Shown one piece after another: positions 1 to 12,843 of a stretch of 64,000 bases of DNA. The stretch comes from Phoronis australis (lineage: Eukaryota > Animalia > Phoronida), in NCBI GenBank assembly GCA_002633005.1, contig NMRA01000283.1, positions 408,351 to 472,350 of the forward strand. The letters are read 5' to 3'. The notes under the pieces were generated by a model that was given only the letters and a program-made list of their open reading frames with translations, did not search any database and was not told the origin of the DNA. Within the stretch, counting starts at the first letter, position 1. Each line of letters opens with the position of its first letter. A program made the translations under genes and the position numbers.

Positions 1-12
1 AAAACAACTCAC

Positions 13-3000
13 TCTGAGGGATGTGTAGACAGTGCATGTATCTCCGAGTCATGATCACGGTGAACCACGTTAATATCTGTTCCATCCGTGGTCACATATG
101 CATGCACCGCTGTAGATGTACACAGGGCAAAGTCCTTCACCACCAGCTGCTTGCCACTGATGGTCGAGTCATTGGGATAGTTGCTGCCCCCCTTTGGCCT
201 ATAATGAAATTACTTTATAGTATTGAGGTGTGTAACTAAAACAGCTAACAAATTTCATAACAGGTGGTGCTAATAAAACAACTGTTTTAATATGAAGACA
301 TACATGACTGATTTAAACACAAGGAACCATACCATCAATGCCCCTTTCTATTCAGACTGATGATAAAAAAACATGGATCACTGACTGCTTAAGCAGATCA
401 ACCTTACTCTACAACCATAAAAATAAGAAAAAGAATCAAGAATATTGATAATGATACCAGTAATAGTAAAAATAATAATCATATTACAGTGACAAAAGTG
501 TTCCATCGAAGAAACAGAATTTTGATGTAGGCCACGTAACGGTTAAAAATTGATCTTAACTCGTTCCTTACTCAAATGAGACGTGATTTCTGGTCTTACA
601 AAAACAGACGGTTCCTTATTCCTTGAGACTACAGTCAGTCAATGAATAAAATGACACGCTGTGCCATTTCAACTGGTCTCAAGCCGCAATAACAATCAGT
701 TCCTTCTGAGCCCATAAATCACACCTATTTTTACTGAGGAACAGTTTGAGACCAGTTTCATAACACAGAATGGTGTAAATCAAAACTTGTTTTTGTGATA
801 AATAGCAGGTTATATCTGCTTTAATAATGAAATGACTACTTACTCATTTGTCCATTCTTCTTTGTATGAGAATGAAATGCAAGTGACTGGCCCAAGATTG
901 AAATCCTGATACCTGAAATAATGTAAAGCTCTAGACTCATGCACCTATAACACAAAGCTGGAACAATGATTGTAAGACCAAAAGCTCAGTTGATTCTGGT
1001 CTGCGCCGACTCATTCTGAAACCAATATCCCACTTTTTCAAGAAAAAATAGCACACACAAGCAATAATTTTATAAAGGTATGAAACTTCTTCTCATAAGC
1101 CAAAATGCAAACAAGACTTTAAATGCCGCGGCTTGCCAAGTAAGTCACAATCAGATCCGATTGGTCGCTAGTAACCAAAAGCAGGTAACAGTCACTACCT
1201 GACCCGCATCAGTGCACCAACTTCCAAAAAATAGTACAGACTACAACCAACTATGCTCGTTTTCTTTGAATTAACATGACACCGTTTTCTTCTCAGAAAT
1301 GCTAGGTTACACTTGATGCTGGTTACTAGATTGCGTAAGGATTATTGTTGTGACTGACTCTGATGTCATCTACTTGATGTAATTCCACACAATAAGCTGC
1401 AACACACAGATCAAGGAATTTGATAAGCAGACCATCAGCACCAGATGTTTTAAAAACTAAGTCGGTCACACAACGCATTTTTCTACTCCCGGGAAAAAGA
1501 AAATGCAATTCAGAATTTACACTGCCAGTGATACGTCATAATGATCAGACTGCCCTCTACCTACCAGTGAGCTAACTTGAGCGTTTGGTCAAAGAACTTG
1601 ATGTGACCTGCAGTGTCGCCCGTCACAATGTACTGGTCTGTAGTGGTCAACACATTAACACCTTTCTCTTGAAGTTTCACCAGCTTCAAGGCTTTCTTGT
1701 CAGGGGCTGGCACATCACTGTCAACTGAGATAACAAGAACATCTGAGTGTGGAATATGTTAATTAACGCTTAGAAACCAAAAAAGAGCAAGTTTAAGCTG
1801 GGCCTGGTCACCAAACACATACTGTCTTGTACCAGTCACTGGTAAAGGCAACATCTGACAAAAAGTTTTGATAGAAATACATACTGGTTGAAAAACGATG
1901 ACATTCACAACTCCAATGTTAGTAAACAGTTTCTTGCTCCAGGGGCAAGCAAAAAATTTTGTTGGCATTATTTAACAAAATACAGAGAGTCCATTTTACT
2001 AAGGCCCCATTTACACAGTTCCCTCAAATTATTAATGAAGGCCTGACGTTGACATTTGATTTATTTACATTTGTGTCGTTTTTCAAAACTAATTATCTTT
2101 ATGACTACGTTATTCAGCATTATTGTATCTTCAAAGTCAACCACATTATATAACTCAATGTTGAAGAAATCTAAATGGTCTTTGATGTATAATTCAATAT
2201 AATAGTTAATCTCATGTACAAGTTCGGTAATTGTTTTTTTTTTTTATCGTTTTTAAATATTTCTCGGGCTGCATGTGACAATATAAAAGCCATAAACAAT
2301 CGGACCCCTATGTCAGTGAAAAATGCTTACCAACTGTAATTGGCTTGTTGGTATCCCACACCACAAGATTGCCAATAGATGTCGCTGTCAGTGCCTGTGT
2401 GCTGTTGGACTGGAATATTGACTGGCTGTATCGACCAACAGGTTTGTTGAAGTCTTGATCAGTGAGGGGCGGAGCATAGAACTCAAACTCACCACCTTTC
2501 TGCAAACGGCAAGATTAGTAGTGAGCAAAAAGGAGAACAAAAGAACATCAACATCCTTCAAAACTTGCAGCTGTACTACACCATACAACTGTGTCAGTGT
2601 GAAGCAGGTGTCATTATTTGTGAGGTTGTTTTTCAGAATCATCATGAAGTGAAAAACTATAACTGTAAAATTCCTGGACATTCCTAATAAAATACTATAC
2701 TCCGTCTCAAAGAAAATATGACAATGCAACTGGTTTATACAGAGAAAAAATTTTTTTAAAAATTCTCCATGATTAGGTGTTGAAGGAAACAAAAACAATT
2801 TGAAGAATTCGTGTTAATTTTATGCGACATGGCAGCTCCAGCAACTGCACAGCCTGACAAGTACTTACCCCTAGGAAATCTCTTTGCGAGAATATTTTTT
2901 GTAATGTTGAGTTAAAGTTATTTGCCAGAATAATTATTATTATTATAACGATGTGTAAGTGGGGACTAGTGGCTACCACCCCACTTTTTTAGTTTAGTTT

Positions 3001-5371
3001 CCAAATTGTACGTCCATTGGCAAAAATATAGGAATTCAAGATTGAAAACATGTTATTACAAACATAATGTAGTGCCTTGGAGTCTTTTCGCATTTATTGT
3101 CATTTCATGGGTGCATTAAACGTACATTTTCCACCTGAAATTGTACAAAAATGTTGATCTTTCAGTAGGCTAGTGTTTACTTGCAGAACTTTAGGTATGT
3201 TTCAATTGTTGTACTGGTCTGTACACTGATGTAATAAAATAAAACGAAAACATTTTGTAGTGATTAAAAATCTGTAAAAAAATGCTGACTTTTTTGTTTA
3301 TGGCATTAAAAAGCATGAGCTAACAGCAAGCCTCAATCTCCTGCCACCCTAAAGCAAACGTTATGTACATTTGTCAAAGTGGCTATAATTGTTAACAGCA
3401 ATTTTGCAATAAACAGATTGTGCCCGCAAAAGAAATCCACCTAACCATGAATAGAAGATGACTTGGTGGCTACTGCTAGACACTATTTGCGTTGTGTCCT
3501 TGGGGTTAAAGTCAACTTACCCATGAATAGAAGATGACTTGGTGGCTACTGTTAGATACTATTTGCGTTGTGTCCTCGGGGTTAAAATGGATGTAGAACT
3601 GGTGACCATACGCTGGCTTTAGCTCTGCGCTACAGACGGGCTCGCTAGACACTGTCCAATCCCAGATGCTGACAATCTGTAACCAAGCACCGCACAAGAT
3701 TAAAGCAATGTTACCTCGACAGTAAAGCACTGATTACCAACTAAACACCTATTCATTGGTAAACTTAGACTTAAGTTTTGTTGGACGTAATCTGAATTTT
3801 AATAATCTACATTTAGTTACACTGTCTGAATATTGATTTTAATGACTGACACTGAGAGCACTGAACTGTAAACACACATGCATGCATATGCACACGCACA
3901 CGCACACGCACACGCACACACACACACACACAAAACAGTATGTATTACAAGTTAGTGTCACAGAGGATGTACAAAGTACATTCAATCAATACATTTTTCA
4001 GAACATTAAACTATCATAATGCTAAGTAAAAAACAGGTGTCATTCACTGTGAATTACCTGTATTTCACCAGCACTAATCGTGGCCAGGTATTTAGCATCG
4101 GGGGTCATAGTCATGGCGGTGATACCCTCGGGATGAGGGTCAAATACTGTCTGTACAGGGAAGCCTGCGTGAGTGTCCCACACTATCATCATACTGTTGG
4201 ACCCCTTGTCAGCTGTTGCTAACCATCGCTTGTCATCGCTGGCGCACATGGTTGATATCATGTTGCGCTGAAAACATAAAAAAGAGATCTAGACAACTGT
4301 TAACAAAGCAAGAGATTATTGATGTTTGAGAAAACAATCTACCTTTAATGTAAACACAAAAATACGTCAAAGTGAAACAGCAAAAAATACATGCATTACA
4401 TACCATAATTAGCGATGGCAGGTTTTCAACAATTGTTATCTTTATTTCAATTCTTTACTCTCCAAAGATCCACTTAATTATAGACAACCCACAATTCACT
4501 TGATCCTTTTTACAATCAACATTACACCACTGAGGAGCTACTCACAATCTCATTCATTGTTTCTGAACTAGAAAAAATGTACACACTAACCACACAAAGA
4601 TGGCTAGGAAATGTTAGGAAGTAGTTAAGACATCCCTATAATGTACAATAGAGTACTTAAGACTTACGTGTCCTTGTAGAAGTTTCTGCTTGTTGTTTTT
4701 CAGATCATACAGCACGCCTGCATGTGCATTTGCATACACAATCATCTGCCGATAGTCATCAGTCATATTAATCATGGGGACATGTCGATTCATCCCATAG
4801 GACCAAACCATGCTCTGCAATGAAAAATGATAGCAAATAAATGTACAATTTAATACAAGAACGTGTGATTCGTCACTGAAACATTTAGTAATATTGTAAC
4901 AATGTAAATGGTTTCTAAGATTATTGGTTTGAAATTAAAGGCTTTAATTAAAAACAGCTTAGTAGTTTCCATAAACATGTGTCTCTCACAGACAGCCCCC
5001 CAGTGCACTCCGGTTTTGAGATTATCAGGGCATGCCCAAGGCACTAACCTCTTCCATTCCTGGAGTGTGCCCAATCACCAGGGCACAGCCTTTGTATACA
5101 GGTATGTCATTTCATAACAAAGCATTGCTGCTACCCATATTGCCACTATAAACCAAAGCATTACTGCCACCCATATTCTCAGCTACATATCAAGGCATTA
5201 TTGTCACCCATATTCTCAGCTACATACCAAAGCATTGCTGTTCCGAACTGATTGTTGTTCATCATCTGGTTTTTGTGATGGGACTTCCGGTGGTTCTGGG
5301 GCCACAGGAGGAACACTAGAGACCTCTGTGGCAGGTGTCTCATCTGGCTTAACGTCTGCTGTATCAGCCAT
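13..5371 (-). CDS. CFAP251: Cilia- and flagella-associated protein 251 (WDR66), 5' part; gene continues beyond the left edge
   Basis: Coding exons (minus): 5228-5371 ([13 protein letters not shown]...NSNAL), 4668-4814 ([13 protein letters not shown]...QKLLQGH), 4058-4267 ([22 protein letters not shown]...), 3521-3676 (IVSIWDWT...QVIFYSW), 2331-2499, 1565-1724, 844-912, 13-198. All GT-AG with consistent phases. WD40 repeats with motifs I recognise from CFAP251 ([24 protein letters not shown]). Confidence 0.9.
3445..3510 (-). repeat. 66-bp tandem duplicate of the 3' end of a CFAP251 exon
   Basis: 3445-3510 is nearly identical to 3521-3586, separated by a 10-nt spacer containing the real GTAAGT donor. 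Confidence 0.9.
3886..3931. repeat. (CACACG)n/(CA)n microsatellite
   Basis: Directly visible. Confidence 0.9.
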
Positions 5372-6801
5372 TGTTTTACTTCACTAATATTCTGAAACAT
5401 AAAATCAGGTCTTTGTTGGAACAATGGTTAGCCTTGTTTCACGCTGTCAGGAGGATGCAGTCAGCTTTCAGCAATTTAGGGAACTAATCTAGAACAATTC
5501 TATGAATAGGTATTATCAGTAAGTCATGTAAATACAACAGACGACTCTCCATTACAAATATCTCTCGTTTAGCGTCAACTCCAACAGGTTTCAAATCCAT
5601 ACATCAATCTAGTCCATTGTATAAGTGTTCGACTATCATTTGTCCTGCATTATGACTCGCATGCTATTAGTATCTACCAAGCTTCAAAGAGTGACTTAAA
5701 CTCAATGCAAACACTTATGAATACATTTAAGGTGAATATGTTCCGACTTAAAACACCAGTCAATACAAATTCAATTACCATTTGTCGTTTTTGGCTAATT
5801 TTGATTGCATTTCATTGGGTGAAAATAATCCCAACCTAATTTTTCATGAGAAATTCAATTTCAGAAGCTAAACAGATAAAATTCACAAGTTTCAGTCTGG
5901 TCTCATAATATAATTCAGCCAGTGTTTTACTGTTGTAGTTTTTATTGCCCTGCTCTGAAGAGAAAGAACTTAGTTCAGTGTGTATGTGATAACAAGAATT
6001 GACAATGCTTGCAGTTCTTGTACAAATGTATATTGATGAAGTGCAAGGTGTCAAGATAGAGGCCACTAAGGTTCTTCTTCTGGAACGTCAAATTTGAACT
6101 CATTGAAGGCACTGATGGAAAAGGGGCAGTTATTCAAAGAATCAAAAGTGCAGTTATTACTATCAACAGAAAAGTGCTGTACAGCGCAGGACAAAAGCAG
6201 TTAGATGAGATGACTTATGGCATTTGGAACAATCTGAAGGTGGTATTGAGACCACATCCTTGCTGAGCTTATTCTACGGCCAAGGGGTAGAAAAAGTAAT
6301 GCAAATGAAAATTATGTCTACTATACGCCTAGAAGATATGACATGCCCTGTGATTAACATGTCACTGTAGCATGCATAAGGGTAAAGTAGTGAGATGGGT
6401 CAACTGCCACGATCAAGTTTACTATTGTGTAAAATAGAGCAAGTCACCTGCCAAGTCTGGAGGCAGATCTATCACTGATACCCATAGACACTGTTGTAGA
6501 TGACACACTAAATATGTGTATGTACCTGTTGGATCAACTAAACCATCTCACAACTGAAAATGCCTTTGTCAGTCTTGAGATGTCTTAGTTGATCTACAAA
6601 CCTTGTTGAACATGGGAAGCCTTTGACAAGCATGAACGGGTCAGCTTTGTGATAGTCAGTCAGTCAGTGGAAAAATTTACTGACTTACTTATTAGACTGA
6701 ACACTTGAACAGCTTATTATTTCCACTCCTTAATATCATCTGCCATAACCTTATGTAACCCCCTACCCCATCATTTTGTTTGAGCACCATGCTTGTACTA
6801 G

Positions 6802-7540
6802 TAGTAGGCAACACGTAGCCCATCGGTTGGCCGGTTAGGGGCTACAATACTTCCCATCGCTTTCTGTACGCATTTCGTCCCATGTATTTTTAACGGCCAG
6901 TAGGCCACATCCGGCCAACAATTTGGAATTTTCACCTCATCAAAAATACATTCTACACTCAAAACTATCACATAAAAATTAGCTTACTTTCTTCAATGAT
7001 CCTTTCTGCTTCTACACATATCTTTGATGAAGCATATCTACTAGAATTAAGGTGACTTTGGAGAAGAATTCCAACTTCACTTTTTGGTCACCATTAAATT
7101 TTTTACCGTGCGCGCAATAACAACAAAATATTTCAACTGAGTCACGTGAGTTAGGCTAAGGCTAGCGCGAAACTGAGCGAAGCGCGCGACCTGGCACGTG
7201 ACACTTGCAAAATAGCATGGAAAGATATCAGGTGGAATTTGTGAGTTTTGTGTCCCTTGAACTTTTTGTTCATTAACAGGTGTGATTTCTCGTAACTTCC
7301 TGAAAATGGCACCCGGTGAGAGAAACTCAAGCCAACCGTCGACAGATTTTCATGGATATGTTCAAGTTATGTTGACTAAATTGTATTCAGAGTCACGGTA
7401 TGTGTTAATTATAACTTCATGTGGATTTATGCATGTTTCATCCAATTTTATTTGCTGTATTATGAAATGCGTAACTTTAATGGGGATCGCCCATGTATGC
7501 CTGCGGCATCCAGGGCGATGTAATTGGCTAAACAAGTAGT
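6802..7540. mobile_element. About 740-bp non-autonomous DNA element (MITE-like) with imperfect terminal inverted repeats
   Basis: Left end TAGGCAACACGTAGCCC and right end GGGCGATGTAATTGGCTA. The whole sequence recurs inverted at 46311-48496, where it is interrupted by an insertion. Confidence 0.75.
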
Positions 7541-7944
7541 AGATAGAAGCGTTGATCCGCTAGTAAGTCTCGGGCTTCCGCCCACTCGCATCCCAAATTT
7601 GCTCTACAAACCCCTCCCCCACCACATGTTACTTCATTGTTTGTAGCACAAGTTTTGTTCCGTGCACTCGTAATAACTAAAAATATTTTTACACGCGCCC
7701 AAACGTAAGGGTCGAAGCCTCAACCGTGTGCTAGATGAAAAGGTTTCTGAGTGGGTGAGTGTGTACTTGAGTTTACATATCTGTCAAATAAGCCAATGCT
7801 AAACTCAATTCAAACCAATTGTAATTGTTTGGATGCTTTTTAGAAACACTTTCAACTTTAGCAATTTGACATTTTCATACAATGATGCCCAAATTTGCTC
7901 CAGAAATGAGAAACAGTACCTGGAATTGAACCCTCTCTTCATTA

Positions 7945-8153
7945 ATCTCCTAGGAAACGTTGTTTACGAACACTGCGCATGGATCTGCGCCGCCGGATAA
8001 ACGTTTACGACTGCTGTAAAAAAAAATATGCTGTTTAGATTCTAATGAATATCTTAGATCTAGATGACATGTGGACGGTTTTTGTTAACTGTTTCGATTA
8101 AGTCACCTAAATACTAACGAAATTTTAGTTGTTTGTGCGGTTGCTAACGACAC
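7945..8153. promoter_or_regulatory. Putative bidirectional promoter CFAP251/PIGL with RFX X-box-like motifs
   Basis: GTTTCCTAGGAGAT (minus strand, 7945-7958) and GTTGCTAACGACAC (8140-8153). A minus-strand donor CCAG|GTACTG near 7918 suggests a non-coding first CFAP251 exon. PIGL ATG is at 8276. Confidence 0.5.
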
Positions 8154-8275
8154 TCAATAAAAATAGGTCATTTGAGGTCAAGATGTCTGCACACTCCGGA
8201 ATTTGATGGTTTTTGTTACAGATACAATGTCTTTATTCTCTCACTTTGGAGTTGTGAAATTGTTTTAGAATTATC

Positions 8276-11200
8276 ATGGAAGTTCTTCTAACTATATGCG
8301 CTGGTTTTATGGTGGCCGTTTTAATTCTGTATGTCGTTACCTCAAGTAAATCAGCCATGAATTTACCTAGTTCCCAATCGAACAATTTCCACAATCCAAA
8401 CTACAATGTTTTGCTAGTTATCGCTCATCCCGACGATGAATGCATGTTTTTCGCGCCCACTATTCTCAGCTTACTGAGGCAAGGAAAGCAGCTTTATGTT
8501 CTCTGTCTCACAGCAGGTAATTTTGGGTTGTGGGTGAATCAGCCACTACTAAGTCATTTAATCCATGTCATAAATATACAGACTAGCGATGGGTGTCGAA
8601 AACGGGCCACCGGTGTGAGAGTCGACCATCTGATCTGTTCAGCCATGAGGCAATTCTCACTTGGCAAATGATTTAACGTAGTTAAAGTGGCTCTACACAA
8701 TGGTATGTCACCAAAAATTCACAACACTCCTTGATCACGTGGAGCACGCCAGTGGGCTCTGCCACTGAGGTTGTTGAGTTATTCTCTTTTCAGTGTCTGA
8801 GGACAGTGCTGGAGAGATTTAACATTTATGACTTTCTGTTAGTCAGTAACCATTTAGACAAGAGCCAATGAATTCTTGAGTTGTCCTGTTAACTTTTGTC
8901 CATGACCACAACACACATGCCAATCATGCGCCACACTGAACTCAGTGGAACCACTTTCGTCCACAGGCAGTACTCTTTATTGAGTGAGGTCTATCAATGT
9001 TTGGGGCATGATTATGAAACAAATTACCGTGGAGCTTGAGGTCATAAACTTTAAAATTGTAGTGAAGTTATTTAGACATACAGAGTTAACCCAACACAGG
9101 CTGAACTACTTGTTTTGAAAGCAACAAGTAATGCTGAATGAGCAATCAGATTAGACAAGATTTTCAATCGATCAAAGTTAAGACTTGAGATTGAAGACAT
9201 GTTTCATGAAGTGATTCTAAAAGTGAAATTCATTTCATTTGACAACTGGAAAGTTTGGTGTTGTTTTATTATTTCAAACAGAGAATATCAGGAAAAAACT
9301 TAAAACTAATACTGACTTACATTTCAACTGAGTGATGTTGCGTCCAACTTTCACTAGCAACATGAAAGTCCTTGTGATAGGACATAATGTCGCTCAGTTG
9401 ACATGTAAGTCCAATATTAAATTTTTTTGATGAGACTGTCTAACATTCACCAACTCAAAGAGAGAATGTGATCTCATTTTAAGCTGTCAGAGACTAGGCT
9501 TAGTAGATTTTAGTACCCCGCATTAAAGCCTACGTATACCAAAATCCATTACAGGTAGTACATTTGTAAGGAAAAGAATTACCTTCTATGATCAATACAT
9601 TATTGATGAATCAAACCACAGAGGAAATTATTGGACAATTTCCACTTGGTTCATTAGTTCTAAAATTAGCACAGCTCTTCCAGAATATGAATATTTGAAT
9701 TTGTATTGTTTTGCAGGAGATTTTTACAAGTTGGGTCAAACAAGAAGTCGTGAGCTGCTGGATAGCTGTCGTATTCTTGGAATTCCTCACACAAACATTG
9801 AAATATGTGAAAACAGGTATAATTCATAGAGGCAATCCCTGGAAATCAAACTTCTTCAACTTTTCACCGAGAAAACAGGCACAAAACAAACAGTTACTCT
9901 ATTCTGTTTACTTGACCTGGTAAATGAGTGTACGGTTGTCATAACATTCATTCTAATACCCAGTGTTCTCCATAGCCTATTCTACTCTTCACAACAACAC
10001 ATTTGTATTACATCTCAACAAGTTTGGTGTAAAGTTTTCTCAAATTTGAGCAAAAATAACTGCCAGCATTGTCATTTTTCAAATGTTCACTGTACTGTTG
10101 CCAAAAATGTTTAGAATTTCATTGTGTATTTGTTGATGACAGCCGTACTAAATAAAGTTTTCAAATAAACAAGTAAAACTGTCTTCTTGTTTACTCTTGT
10201 TGAAAATGTTGATAAAATCAAATTTTACTGTTTTGTCGTATTGTGTTCTAATTTTGAGGATATTTTATGTACTTGTACCAAGTACTGTAATGAGTTGAAA
10301 GGGAAGTTGTCTTTATTCAAACCACCACTTTGTTTTAAACAAGAACACACAGATGGAAATTTAGTTTTCTTGAATGCAGTTTGATCACATCTTGTTCACT
10401 TCACTTTCTGTATTTCAGTGATGTCAAAGATGATGCTGAAGCAGACTGGAACACAAAACTGGTGGCTGATGTTATAGTTAAGGCAACAGAGAAATTTGAA
10501 TGTAAAATGGTGAGGTCGTGCTATCTGAAGTAATCTACAGAACCTGCTCTCTGGAGCATGTGTTCAAACCGAGTTATCTTGTACCATGTACTGCTGCAGT
10601 AAAGCCCCCATATACTCTAACTCTCTGGTTATAGAGCCTCCCCAAGTGTTGTTTACCTAATTCTCCTTTCTATGTTGACAAGCAACCAATAAGCTGACAG
10701 ATTTTCAATAGCGTCCTTTACCTAACATGTTGTTATATTTTTCAGCTTGTAACTTTTGATGAGCATGGAGTGTCTGGTCACGCCAACCACATCAGTGTAC
10801 ACCACAGTGTTAAGTGTGTGGTGTCCATGAACAAAGGTATGTTCTTATGATAGCTGAACATAGTGCCCAAGACCAGCTAAATGCCATTTCAGAATTTTAA
10901 AAAATTTCACTTAAAATGCCTGCACTCAGATAAGTGGTCAGTTATGGTGCTCCCTATGATTTTTTAGTTTCTCTACTCTACTCGAATACCCTGGATGTTG
11001 GTATGATATGTTTCTGCAATTCAAGATTCTGGCTGTGGGAGTACCTGTGTTTTAATATGATGCGTGTGCTATCTGCCTACTTTCAGGTTTCTCTGCCTTT
11101 TACCTTAAAAGCGTTAATATCGTTGAGAAATACTGCAGTATTTTCTTGAGCCTTCCCAGAAGCCTTCTCACGGGTCACTCGACTTTAATATCGCCTCCAA

Positions 11201-12826
11201 CCGATGTGATGAGAGCCCAAGTATGTATTTTATGCTAATTATTTTATGCTAATTATTTTATGCTAATTTTATGCTAATTATTTTATGCTAATTATTTTAT
11301 GCTAATTATTTTATGCTAATTATTTTATGCTAATTATTTTATGCTAATTATTTTATGCTAATTATTTTATGCTAATTATTTTATGCTAATTATTTTCATT
11401 TCACATATTCTACTGAAAAACAGAACTGTGTAGAGTAGATGTAGACTTGAACATTTAATATATTTCTGAAATCTCTTGGTCAATTTACATGACTACCTCA
11501 AGGCAGTTTTAGGAAGTCAACTTATTTGACATATTGATTAAAGATTTTAGTTTGTAATGCTTTCTTCGTCCACACCTACTGAGACAATCACTAAACATTT
11601 ACTTTCAAACTGAATTGATATCACTCTTTCAGTGTTGGTTTGACTGGTGCTAAATGTCAAATTAAATTAAGTGTTACTTTATCATTGATGACTTTCAATT
11701 TCATTTATTTTAAAGTCAGAATCATTTCCGTGGTTCAAAACGTTTTTTGCATTTTTCGTCAATTCATAAATATTATACCATGAAATATAAGGCCTCTACA
11801 AATCTTAATAAGGTTCCTTTAATTTTTATAAAATCTGAAGTTTTCCAAGGCACTTTATGTTAAGGTAAAAGGATTGTTGAATTTCTTTAATATTTGTTAC
11901 ATGTTTAATATTAAACCCTTAAACTATGTATTTTTAATTTCCTTAATGATCACAGAATGGTATTGTGGGCACGAAATCAATCCCTATATGTTTGTATTCG
12001 CCTGATTGTGTTTTTTCATAGAGATCACAGATTTTTATACAAGCACAATTTTTGGCACAAAACCTGAAAATTAGGTTTCTTTATTTTATTGTCTACAAAA
12101 TAGGGCCTTAGATTTTCTTTTGTATTCCTTTTGGTCTTGGAGATCTGCTGTCAAAAATCAAGACTTCCATTTTTTTCAAGGAATGTTGAGGTCGTCATTT
12201 TTGACTTCAGAGTTCTCTGGCTAAAAGGCACTAAAAGAAATTCAGAGACACTGTTTTGTAGCTAATTGAGATAAAGATTTAGGAATTTCATGTGAACAAT
12301 TTATGTGGAAATTACAATGATCTCTGTGAAAAATAAGATTTTTGGAAAAAATACAGTCACATGATTGTGAACATCTGTCCATTATTGTTGTGCACACAAC
12401 TTTAAGATTCTGTGATTGTTAAGAATACTAAAAATGTATAGTTTATGGATTTACTATTGATAATTAAGAAATAATTTAAGAAAGCCGATCCTTGATAAAG
12501 TATCCTATCGCGTTAACGTGAAATTCTTGGAATTTATGACGTGGTTATTTTGTTAACCAGTTTGACTTTTCGTGCCAATCTTTCAGTTGACTTTGTCCTT
12601 ACAGAAAGCCATGTTTGCCCACTGGAGTCAGCTAGTATGGTTCAGGATGCTCTATATTATTTTTTCTCGCTACATGATAATTAACACATTACAAACGGAG
12701 GACTCTTGTCATTCAGAAAGGTATGTTCACTGGTATGTCCATCTGGTAACATTACGACCTTTTGACCTATTTCTTGTGACCCATCTTCTCTTTCCCAAGT
12801 GGTCTTATCAGTTATTTGTGGGGTAG
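8276..12826 (+). CDS. PIGL: N-acetylglucosaminyl-phosphatidylinositol de-N-acetylase (GPI biosynthesis step 2)
   Basis: Exons 8276-8516 (N-terminal TM helix; [16 protein letters not shown]), 9717-9816, 10419-10509, 10746-10836 ([13 protein letters not shown]), 11087-11220, and 12605-12720 or -12826 ([29 protein letters not shown]). HPDDE and HxxH motifs are intact. 292 aa if read to TAG 12824-12826. Confidence 0.95.
8586..8652 (-). mobile_element. Degenerate tRNA-derived SINE head
   Basis: Minus strand GCCTCATGGCTGAACAGATCAGATGGTCGACTCTCACACCGGTGGCCCGTTTTCGACACCC has A-box/B-box-like spacing but no valid cloverleaf. Confidence 0.4.
9278..9440. mobile_element. Palindromic MITE-like element
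   Basis: AATACTGACTTACATTTCAACTGAGTGATGTTGCGTCC pairs imperfectly with GGACATAATGTCGCTCAGTTGACATGTAAGTCCAATATT. Confidence 0.6.
11226..11396 (+). repeat. Minisatellite (TATTTTATGCTAAT) x about 12
   Basis: Near-perfect 14-bp units starting at intron position +6 after the PIGL exon-5 donor. Confidence 0.95.
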
Positions 12827-12843
12827 AACTTGTCTGCATTAAC

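Noticed and set aside
11226-11396. Regular repeat array as a CRISPR
   Set aside because: Head-to-tail 14-mers with no unique spacers, no cas genes, and a eukaryotic intron context.
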